Assembly (NCBI GenBank): GCA_000388065.2
Contig: KB932208.1
Strand: one strand, 5' to 3'
Length of the DNA: 64,000 nt
From: Fonticula alba ATCC 38817
Lineage: Eukaryota; Protista; Nucleariida
Shown: in pieces, positions 29,500-39,990 of the stretch
Position numbering within the stretch: the first letter of the stretch is position 1
Layout of the letters: each line of letters opens with the position of its first letter
Notes under the pieces: model-generated
Seen by the model: only the letters and a program-made list of their open reading frames with translations
Database searches by the model: none
Told to the model about the DNA's origin: nothing
Made by a program: the position numbers and the translations under genes

Positions 29500-32352
29500 A
29501 TGGCCACTCGCCGGCTCCTGCCCGTCGGCAGCGGACCGTCTGCCCTGGGACGGCTGTTGACCTGCTCATTGGGTCACTCTCGACCGACGGCACTGTTCTC
29601 CGGGTCTCCCCTTGTGCGGTCCTTCGCCACGGGTGCCGCTCCAATGGTCGATGCTGGTACGCCCCCTGACCCTGAGGCTTTCGCACTCGATCCCCACTCA
29701 GCCGGCCCTCTGACACATTGCCTTCGCACTGGTGGATGTGTGCAGCGCCCGCCGCCGAGGCTGCCCTTCCAGGGTCAGCCGACGCCGCTTCTCCCCCGGT
29801 GGCCCGGGCAAAGAAGCCGGCCAAGCCCCCGAAGCCGGTTCCTGTCAAGATCACCCTGCGCGATGAGGACCTCCAGGAGCAGTTTGTTCGGGGCTTCGGC
29901 AACGGCGGCCAGAAGGTCAACAAGACGTCCAGCTGTGTGATTCTGTCGCACGCGCCGACCGGCATTGTCGTCAAGGTGTGTCCGCTGCCTTTTTCACGCT
30001 TGTGCATGCACTTCCCCCTGTGTGCTTACCTCCTCCTCCCCCCCCCCCCCCCACACCGACCTCCCCTCCATTTCCCATGGAATGGCAACACAGTGCCAGA
30101 AGACCCGGTCCCGGGAGCAGAATCGCAAGGAGGCTCGGAAGATCCTGATCGGCCTTCTGGACCAGCGGATCAACGGAGACCTCTCCAAGCAGGCGCGCAA
30201 AATGGACAAGATTCGGCGGCGGAAGAGCCGCGCCGACCGCCGGTCCCGCGCCAAGTACGACACCGCCACCGCGGCCGCCGGAACGGCCGCCGGGCAGGCC
30301 GCCTCGGTCTCCGACGCCCGAGACCATGACAGTGATGACGATGGCGGGGAGGAGGAGTACTCGGACACGGAGTTCGACTCCGACTTCGACTCCGACTCCG
30401 ACTCCGCCTCGGGCCCTGACAGCGATGCTGAACGGGCGGATGGCAGGTCATCCGGGCCGATGATCCGGACCCCCGGCGCGGCATTTGCCCCTTCCGCTCC
30501 TGTGTTGTTTTCGCACCCGCCGCCGGACCGGCAGGACTCGGCCATCACCTCGGGTCTGGCCCAGAGCCCAAGCGAGCAAGCCGATGCCTCGGACTCCGAG
30601 GTGCCCTGGGATGCGCACATTCCCTGGGACGCGCACCTTTACTGGGATGCCAATGTCGAGACCCTCGCGGGCTCTCCTCCTGGGCCGACACCATCCGCGG
30701 CCGACCAGACACCGGTGCCTGTGGAGGGGTCTGGCAAACCGCTCGACATGGTGCCGGAGATGCTGCACTCCATTTTGGGCGAGGCGGCCAGCCGGGATAT
30801 CCCCGAGCAGGACTTCAACCTGGCGGACTTCCTGTCCGAGGAGGACCGCTTGCAGCTGGCCCAGCTGCAGGCGCGCGAGGACCAGGACAAGAAGGCCATC
30901 CAAGAGTTGTCATCTTTGTCTGACAGTCCGGAGGCCCTCCTCCAGGAAGCCATGCTCCAGGTAAGCCAGATATATGCCTCGCAGCTGGCTGCTGCCCACA
31001 GCTTGGTCGAGGTTCTGCGTGAGGCTCTGGCCCCCCTGGACACAGGCATTGCCCCAACCCCGGCGGCCGAGGATGTCGAGGCGCCCATCTCGCTGGATCT
31101 GCTGATGGAAATCCTTGCCCTGGTGGAGCTGATGGACTCGCCTGCCCGGGCGGCGGAGCTGCATTTGGCGAACCAGCGCGGGCGACGGACCTCTTCCTTG
31201 CCGAATATCGAGCTCCCCCGGGACCTGTCTCCGGAGGAGCAGGAGTTGGTGGTGCTCCTGCCGGTCATCCATGACACGCTGGTGGAGCGGGTCGCCGAGA
31301 GGCTGGATGCCGGTGCCGGGAGGAACTACTCCGGCGAGGAGCTTCGACAGCTCTCGGAAAGCTTGGACTGGGAGCGAGGCGAGCGGGCCCGGCGTCTTGA
31401 AGCCCAGCGCCAGAAGGAGCAGGCCGCCCTGCAGGAGAAGGAGCGCCGGGCAAAGGAGGCCTCCGAACGGTCGCGCAGAGGGCCGCCTGTCCGTGGCGCC
31501 AGGCGTCTGGACCGGAATCAGCACACGGCTCTGGAGGCTGCGAAGCCGGGCCCCAGCCCCCATGGCGTCTCACCGGAGGTGCTGGACATCCTGTCGGGTG
31601 CAATGCGCGGCGGCGCCGGTGGTCGAATGGGCAACTGGCCCGGGCTGCCTCCTGGCATGACGGCGGTCATGCCCCCGCCCGCTCCTCAGATGCCGCCGTC
31701 CAGTCCCTTGACCGGCCCTCCGCGGTCGGCCTCCAACCGGCAAATGGTCGACAATTTGCTGCAGCAGGCGCGAACCCTGCACCAGGTTGGGAAGGGCGGC
31801 CAGCGTGGCGGCGCCAGCGGCGGCATGCGTGGCGGCGGCGGCGGACGCGGTGGCGGGGCGCGCGGCGGCGGTGGCGGCCGGCGCTACTACAGCACATCTG
31901 CCAGCGCACCCCCCCCTTCGGAGGGATATGTGCTCCGTCTTCTGGGGACGCCAACCTGCCAGTTGTGTGACCTATCGGCCGAGGCGCTGGTCGCTGCGGC
32001 GCACCGGGTTTTCCCTCGTCCGGCTGACGCGCCGCCGGCTCGCTTCGGCTGGGAGTACCGGTGGCCGGAGCACGCCCCGGTGCATCTGGAGCGGGTGGAC
32101 CTGACGGCGGAGCACTTCCGCGGGACTCCCCTCCAGCGGCGGCTCATCCTCCATGTGCCGGTGTTGCTTTTGGCCGACGCCAAGGCCGACTCGGATGCCT
32201 GGACGCCGGCCTGTCGGCTGTTCCCGGACGCCCTGGCTCACGATCTCGGCCTAGAGGTGTCCCGCCATCGGGTATCCGAGGAAGTGGCGCGCACGCTTCT
32301 TGAGACCTTGGCTGCTGGGGGCTCCAGCGACCCGGATGCCGAGGTGGACTAG
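29500..32352 (+). CDS. MTRFR: Mitochondrial class I release-factor homolog MTRFR/C12orf65 (GGQ) with long C-terminal extension ending in a glutaredoxin-like (DUF836-type) domain
   Basis: Presequence MATRRLL...LVRSFAT. Introns at ~29656-29745 and 29976-30093. RF-1 domain LRDEDLQEQFVRGFGNGGQKVNKTSSCVILSHAPTGIVVK|CQKTRSREQNRKEARKIL with basic tail KIRRRKSRADRRSRAKY. One continuous exon then runs to the stop at 32350-32352 and ends in LRLLGTPTCQLCD...LERVDL...VPVLLL...HRVSEE. Confidence 0.85.
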
Positions 32353-32798
32353 CTGCAGGGCTGTCGATTTGTGGCGTGCCGTTAGCTGGTAGGCCAGAGC
32401 GGAGAAGGGGTGGGACCCCCCCCCCGCCCTGTGCCAACATCCAGGCCTCTCCCCCCCCCCCCCCCCCCTGTCGCACTTGATGACCATAGAATAGAGTGGA
32501 GTGGGCTGCATGAGTCAAAAGAAGCACATGCGGCTTGAGAGGCCGGTGGCTGGGGAATTGTCTAAGTGTAGTAGCGCGCGTGCATGGCGCCAGGAATGTG
32601 TACAGAGGAGGGTGCGGCCGGGTGGGCGGGCGGGAGGAGGACGTGGAGCCCGCCTCCCTCGGGGTGGCAAAGCAGCGCAAGGGGAGGAGAGGGAGAGGGG
32701 ATATGCGCATGGGGGCAGCGCAGGGAGATCCCTCGCCAGCAGCAGACCGTGGCATCGTGAAAAGGGCGACCGGACAGGAAGAGGCACTTTGGGAGCCC

Positions 32799-33400
32799 CT
32801 AGAAACGAGCGTTGTTACGGTCAATGTAGTTGATGAGCTCCTTGACAGTCATGGAGGTGGGGTTGATCTTGGAGATCTGGTTGTCGGCTGCCATTTCGGG
32901 GAAAGGGTGGCACAGGGAGGACGAGGCGTTAGCGGATGGACGAGAGACGGCCTCAAGAGAACGCGGAGAGCGGAGAGCGGAGAGCGAGGGGGAGGCGGAG
33001 AAAGGCATAGCCGAGGGCACAAGAGGCCGGGAACGTACTCCAAACAACCTCGATCACCGGTTCAGACATGTCGCTCTTGACAACGGGCTTGACCTCGCAA
33101 CGGCCGTTGGTGTTCCGGCACTTGTCAGTCATGACCTGAGACAGGAGAGCGCTGCGGTTGCGCGGCGTGGCAGCAGGGGCGGAGCGAAGGCGAGGAGGAG
33201 GGGGACAAATAGTCAGACAGGGAGGCCGATTGGAGCAAGGCTGTATGGCAGACGGGGAGGAGCATGGGGGAGGGGCTCCCTCGGGGAGGAGGTCACACTT
33301 ACCGGGTGGATGTCGACTTGGGATGGAAAGGAGAAAAGGTGAAAGTGATCGACTTCATGTTGTTCAGGCGCAACAGGTACGAGGGCTTGATAATACCCAT
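32799..33400 (-). CDS. MRPL53: Mitochondrial ribosomal large subunit protein mL53 (yeast Mrpl44-like), 3 exons
   Basis: Spliced product MGIIKPSYLLRLNNMKSITFTFSPFHPKSTSTRALLSQVMTDKCRNTNGRCEVKPVVKSDMSEPVIEVVWTDNQISKINPTSMTVKELINYIDRNNARF matches the mL53 pattern (F.PF...R.LL...P.I.V....I.P..M...EL...DR). Canonical GTAAGT and GTACGT donors. Confidence 0.8.
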
Positions 33401-34047
33401 GATGGGAAGGGGGGAGGGCAGCCGAGCCTGAGCGAGCAGACAAAAGCAAACAAAGGTGGCGGGAGGGGAGAGGGGGAGAGGACTACTTTGCGGAGTGGAG
33501 AAGGTGCCCCATCTGGCAGCCGGCTGTTGAATTTGCTCGTCGACGTGGGTAGATCGACGCACACCAGAGGGCACCCAGGGGGGGGGGGAGGGAGGTGAAG
33601 CACAGGCATGTCGGCCCTCCGCGACGCGAGGGGCCAGGCCGGCGACGGAGGGCCGCGCACACGCCCGCAAGAGCGCCCAACTGCCGATGGATGTGGCCCT
33701 GGCTTTCCCTAAATATTGCACGTGATTTCCAACTACCAGCGCATAGCATTGGGTTGGGGTTTACGAAAGTGGGCGCGGTGCCGCAAAGAGAGGGGAGTCT
33801 ATTGTACGGTGTATTGGGTTGGTAGGTGTGCCCCACAGGAGGTGGGTGCATCTCTCCCCTTCAGAGGGAGGGAGCTGGCTGCGCTCTGGCAGGGAGGAGG
33901 GGGGNNNNNNNNNNNNNNNNNNNNNNNNNNNNNNNNNNNNNNNNNNNNNNNNNNGGGGGGGGGGGGGGAGGAGAAGGCGAGCGCACGCGTGCGCGCACGC
34001 ATACGCACCAAAGAAAGGGGAAGGGGCGTGCCGGTGTTTGGCGATTA

Positions 34048-36153
34048 TTAGTGGGCACCGCCGCCAGTCCACTCGATGGTCTTCAGGTCAATGCCCTCCT
34101 GGATCATGTCCCACAGGGGGCTCATCTCACGGAGCTTGGTGACGTTATCGATGGTCTTCTGCAGGCAGAACTCGATCTCGGCATCGGTGGTGAAGCGACC
34201 TGCATTCCGGGGGGCGGGGGATAAGCCGAGGTTAGTGGGGGGGAGAAGGGAGGAAAGCCCAGCGAGAGGGGGAAGGGGAAGCAGCACATGGAGGCGCGCT
34301 CCGTCCTCGGCCTCTCCCGCCGCCCGCGATGAGCGTATGTATATGCATGTGTGCGTGTGTGTGTGTGTGAAAAACACACGCAGGGAGGTGGGAAGAAGCA
34401 TGTGCCCCGGGAACGCACCGATGCCGAAGCGGATGCTCGAGTGGGCCATATCCTCATCCTGGCCGAGGGCACGCAGGACATAGCTCGGCTCGAGGGAGGC
34501 GCTGGTGCAGGCCGACCCCGAAGAGAGGGCCATATCCTTGAGGGCCATCAGGAGGGACTCGCCCTCGACACAGGAGAAGGACACGTTCAGGCAGCCAGGC
34601 AGCCGGATGGGCGAGCCGGCCTCCTGGGGGCCATTGACAGCGATGTGGGTGAGACCCTCCTGCAGGCCGGCCAGCAGCCGGGCGGACAGCCGGGAAATGC
34701 GCTCATGGTCGTAGTCCATCTCGCGGGCGCAGACATCGGCCGCCGCGCCGAGGCCGACCACCAGCGAGGTGGGCACGGTGCCGCTACGCACACCGCGCTC
34801 CTGGCCACCACCGGACTGGAGGGCCTCAATGCGAACACGCGGGCGACGGCGGACATACAGAGCACCAACACCCTTCGGGCCGTAGATCTTGTGGCCACTG
34901 ATGCTGAGTAGATCGATGTTCATCTTCTGCACGTCGATCGGGATCTTGCCGGCGGCCTGGGCGGCGTCGGTATGGAAAAAGACCTTGTTCTCGCGGCAAA
35001 TCTGGCCGATCTCCGTCAGGGGCTGGATGACACCAATCTCGTTGTTGACGGCCATGATGGACACGAGGCAGGTCTCCGGGCGGATGGCAGCGCGCAGGGC
35101 CTGGACATGGGCATCCACCGAGGAGAGGGGAGGGGAGGGGAGGGGAGGGGCGGAGGGGGCATGAGTACAAGGCTCGGAGTGAACACCAGAGGGAGGAATC
35201 GGCCGAGAGCGGCCGGGCGAGAGGCGACCGGTGGCACGCACATCCAGGTCAATCAGGCCGTTGCTCTGCACCGGGAGGTAGGTCACCTCGAAGCCCTCCT
35301 GCTCGAGGACACGGCAGCTGTCCAGCACACACTTGTGCTCGGTCTGGGTGGTGATGATGTGGTTCTTGCTCTTCTTGTAGAAGCGGGCCACACCCTTGAT
35401 GGCGATGTTGTTGGACTCGGTGGCGCCGGAGGTGAAGACCACCTCCTTGGGGTCGGCGGCGCCGATCAGCGAGGCGACCTGCTCGCGCGCGGTCTCCACG
35501 GCCCCCTCACTGTCCCAGCCATAGGCGTGGGTGCTGGAGTGGGGGTTGCCATAGAAGTGCGACGTCATGTAGGGGAGCATGGCATCGAGGACGCGGGGGT
35601 CCTATGGATGGCGGCGGATGGGTGGATGGATGGGTCGACGAACGGGTGAGGGAAAGCATGGAGAGGGCTGGGAAGGCAGCCGGGCCGACGAGGGGGGCAC
35701 CGGGGGACATAGCAAGAGAAGGGGGCAGGGGGGGGGGAAGGGGGAGGAAAATGCTAACACACCATCGGCGTGGTAGCCTGGGCATCCAGGTACAGGGGGA
35801 GAGTGGTCATGTCGCTCTGCTCGCGCGAGGAGATGTCCTTGCGCACGGTGGGGATCCCATAGGTGCCAGCACCACCGCCGTAGTTCTGAGTGGCGAAGGA
35901 GCTCGCCCGGTCAGATGGCCGAGGGGCGGCCGAAACCCCAGTAGAGTCTGTCCCGGGAACAAGGGGCAGCGGGGAAGACGAAGGGCGGAGGGGGGGAGGG
36001 GGGAGGGGGAGGGCGGAGGGTGAGCTTTTGGATGCATGAAGAGGGAAGACACCGGTGGGCAGACGCACAGGCAGCGACGGCACGAGGGGTCGCCGAGCGG
36101 AGGGTAGCCTGCGCAACGATGCGCTGAGCAAGACGGCTGCCGCTCGCGCGCAT
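34048..36153 (-). CDS. NFS1: Mitochondrial cysteine desulfurase NFS1/IscS
   Basis: [49 protein letters not shown]-lysine motif [42 protein letters not shown] and C-terminal [18 protein letters not shown]. Presequence [20 protein letters not shown]. Confidence 0.97.
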
Positions 36154-38737
36154 GACGTGGGAAGAAATCATCTTTCAGGGGGAAGGAGGGGAGGGGCGAT
36201 GCATGGCGAGAGGTGAGCACCTGGTGGGACACAAAAGGGTGGGGCATGGAGGCGGGGGGGGCGGGGGCGGGGGCGGGGGCGGGGGCGGGAGAGGCAAGAC
36301 AGGAGGTGGGTACAGTTACGGGAGTGTCCGGGACAGGAGAAGGTGGAAAATGGGGGTGGGGTGGGTGGGGAGGGGGGGGAGGGGGGAGGCGACGACAGAA
36401 GACAGGGGGGACGGGGAAGGGAGATGTGGAGGCCCCCAAGGTCTGGGGAGGAGACTGGCGGGGGGGGCAAAAAGTCAGCCGGACGATCTTCCCTTCCCGG
36501 CTGCAGCGGCCGCGCCCTCGCCCCCCGCCCCGAGCGGCACACTAGTGGTCCGGCCAGGGTTAAAATGACACGTTGTGCACTGGCACACCGGCCTTGGCGC
36601 CGCCCCCCTCTCATCCCGGCGGCCGCGGGGGCGCGGATTTCCATGGCTGAGTGCGCGCGCCCATGGCGGGTGTGGAAATCACCTCAGAGTGATACGTTCT
36701 CGGACCCCCTCGCCGCCCCCCGGTCCCGCCCCCGCGTGCACCTGGCGAGCGGCCCGGCGGGACGGTGGGACTGGACCGCGCGCGAGCCCGGGCGACAAAG
36801 TGGGGGGTTGCCGGCGGGGGGGGGGGGGGGGCGGGCGGGCCAGCCCCGGTTATGCAGGAGGCACCCCTTGGCCGGCCAACAAACGGGGGCTTGGATGGTC
36901 CCCCTGTGCCTTGCTTGTCCGACGAGCGGCGGCCACCTTCCGGAGGGAGCCGGGGGCATCCACCCCATCAGTGGGCACCCCCACGGTGGGCGGGCTGAGG
37001 GCGGGGCGCGTGGATGACCCCTGTAAGTAAGCAGCGAGACAAGCCGGGGGGGCGGTCAACATGGCGAACGTCAGGATGGCGTGAACATCCGGGGCGTGAT
37101 TCGTCGCGGTCAGCAGCCCCTCATGTGTTCTCCGTGGAATGGCGGCTATGTTGTTCAACATGCAGGCCGGCGATTTCGCGCCAGGGCGGGGGAGATCGGA
37201 CACGGCGGCCTGTTCGCGGGAATAACGTCCGCGGCGGCGGCGGGAAGGGGGGCCGGGCGGCGGCGGCGGCGGGAACAGCGAGGGACAGCGAATTCTCACC
37301 ATCATCATAGCCCCCTTACGCACAATGTGGGTCCCGGTTTTTTCGGGAAGCCGCGGGGGGGGGGGACAGGGGAACTCTGGCCGCGGAGGCTCGCAAGGCC
37401 CTGGCGGGTATTTGTCCCGGCCTGGCCCGGCCCGGCCCCCCCCCCCCCCCCCCCCGGCTTTCTGGTATGTGCGGGCCAGGATGCTTGGGGGAGTAAGGCG
37501 GCGCCGAAAGGGGGGGCAGACGAGGGGCGCCCGGGCCCGTGCGGGGGTGGAGGGGCGGGGGGGCGTCGACGAGGTTCGGCCTGCGCCTGTCTCCCCGGCC
37601 CGGGCGCCCCTTTGTCCCCTGTCGCCCCTTCCCCCCCCCCCCCCCTGCCCCCTCGCCTGCTCTGTGGGCGCTTTCCAACCGAGTGTGCATCGCCCGCTGG
37701 CTGGCCGACAAGGGCGAGTCCACTTGACAAGCTTGGACCCACTGCTGCTCATCATGGGGGGGGGGGGGGGGGAACTGCGAGAGGGAATAATGCGCATTTA
37801 TTATTTATTGCCCCTCCGTTCCCCGGGGGCGCCAACCCAACACGCCCCGACCCCCATCGCCGGGGCATATTGCCGCAGTGGCAGGGGCGCACCACGGTGG
37901 GTCAGCCCTCGGGTCTGCCTGTGGTGGTCCGTCTGCTGAGAGTGCTGACCCCCCCTCTCTCTCTCTCTCTCTCTCTCCCTGGGGCCGTCCCCCCTCCCGC
38001 GCGCCCCCCAAAAACACGACTCTGTGGCGGACCGGCCTGGCCGGCTGCCCCGACGGAGGCTCGTGTCTGACCCCCGCTCGGCCCCCCCCCCCCCCTAGGA
38101 CGAGGGGGGCGGCACACCCTCGGGAGCCTCTGCACGACTGGCTGCTGCCATTTGGCGAACAGACGCACGACCGCGCCGGGGCGCGCCTGAACGAATGTCT
38201 CCAGGACAATTGTGTTTTCTCCACACATGCCTGCTGGCGCTGGCACTTCGGGAGATCCCCGCCCCCGTCCCCGAGGGGAGGGCGGTGCGCAGACAAGGGC
38301 CGGACGGGCCCGGAGAAGTGGAACGAGGGGGGGGGGGGGGCGGGCTCGGGCCACCAGGCGACTGTGCCGTTTTGCCCTCCCGCCGGGCAATTGAATGAGT
38401 GGAGGGGCCTTGCAGGCCTGCCAGCCTGGGCTGCCAGGCCACCCTCTTCCTCCTCCCTCCCCCTCCTCCCTCCCCCTCCTCCCTGCCTTCGCGAACGAGC
38501 GGACGTGCCCACTTGCCCGCCCTCTGCCCCCCCCCCCTCCCCCTTTGCCCATCGCTGATCGGCCCGTCCTTATTCCCCTGTTGGTAGGCAATCCACCCCG
38601 TTTGCCAACATGCCCCCTCCGAAGCGGTGCGCCCCCCCCCCCCCCTCCTTCCTGGCTGCCTTTGTGCTCTCGCTGCGCCCAGTCCCGACATTTGCTCTGA
38701 CACCCATCTCGGTGGCTATAATCTGGCTGTCCATTCA

Positions 38738-39956
38738 GGCGGCAGTCGACGCGGCGTACCCCGTCGTCGTCAGATCTCACTGCTAGCCAGGCTGAGCGCA
38801 AGCAGGTATGCGGACGGCCTCCCCCCCACGCCATGAGTCGCACCCCTCTCGTCTCCTGACTCGCCGATTCACCTCCGTCCCCCCCCCCTTCCCCTGCTTC
38901 CCCTTTCCTTCAGGCTCGCGAGGAGAGGCGCAAGGCCCTCCTTGAGTTGTCTGGCGCCCCATCTCCCAGCGCGACCTCTGTGCGTCTCTCTCTCTCTCTC
39001 TCCCTCCCTCCCCCAAATCAGGCCTCTGCCCCTTCTCTTTCATGCACCTTCCTCACCTTTCGTCCTTTCCCCACTTCACAGTCCTCAATCGAGTCTACCC
39101 CCTCCAGTTGCCCTCTCGATGGGGAGGGCGATGATGACATGAAGGCCTTCGAGCAGCGGCAACGGGAGCGGGCAGAGAAGCGTCGGGCCCGTCAGGCCAA
39201 GATTCAGGCTATTTCCGGCGATGGTGATGCCGATGCCGACGGGCCGACTGGCATCTCTTCCCGTTCGGCTGACACCATTGTCATGGACACTCGGAGCCCT
39301 GAGCCAGAGCCTGTTGCAGAGCCGGAGCCTGTCGCTGAGCCGGAGCCGAAGCCGGAGCCTGTTGCGGAGCCGGAGCCTGTTGCGGAGCCGGAGCCTGTTG
39401 CGGAGCCGGAGCCGATTGTGCAGGCCAAGTCCGAGCCGGAGCCCGAAGCCAAGCCCGAGCCGACTGTCGAGGAGGACACTCCCGAGGCTCGGATTGCGGC
39501 TCGNNNNNNNNNNNNNNNNNNNNNNNNNNNNNNNNNNNNNNNNNNNNNNNNNNNNNNNNNNNNNNNNNNNNNNNNNNNNNNNNNNNNNNNNNNNNNNNNN
39601 NNNNNNNNNNNNNNNNNNNNNNNNNNNNNNNNNNNNNNNNNNNNNNNNNNNNNNNNNNNNNNNNNNNNNNNNNNNNNNNNNNNNNNNNNNNNNNNNNNNN
39701 NNNNNNNNNNNNNNNNNNNNNNNNNNNNNNNNNNNNNNNNNNNNNNNNNNNNNNNNNNNNNNNNNNNNNNNNNNNNNNNNNNNNNNNNNNNNNNNNNNNN
39801 NNNNNNNCGCGCTGCCGCTCGTGCTGAGATGCTTAGCGCCGCTGGCCTGGGCCCTTCGCCGACTGGGTCTGTCACGACGTCCCCTGCCCTGAAGCCTGAG
39901 CCAGAGCCCGTTGTCGAGCCTGAGCCGGAGCCGGAGCCTGTTGTTGAGCCTGTTGT

Positions 39957-39990
<34 letters not shown>

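Noticed and set aside
30955-30970. Strong donor-like CAG|GTAAGC inside the long MTRFR exon
   Set aside because: The downstream sequence is codon-like and stop-free and lacks the C/CT-rich intron signature seen elsewhere; RNA-seq should still confirm this.
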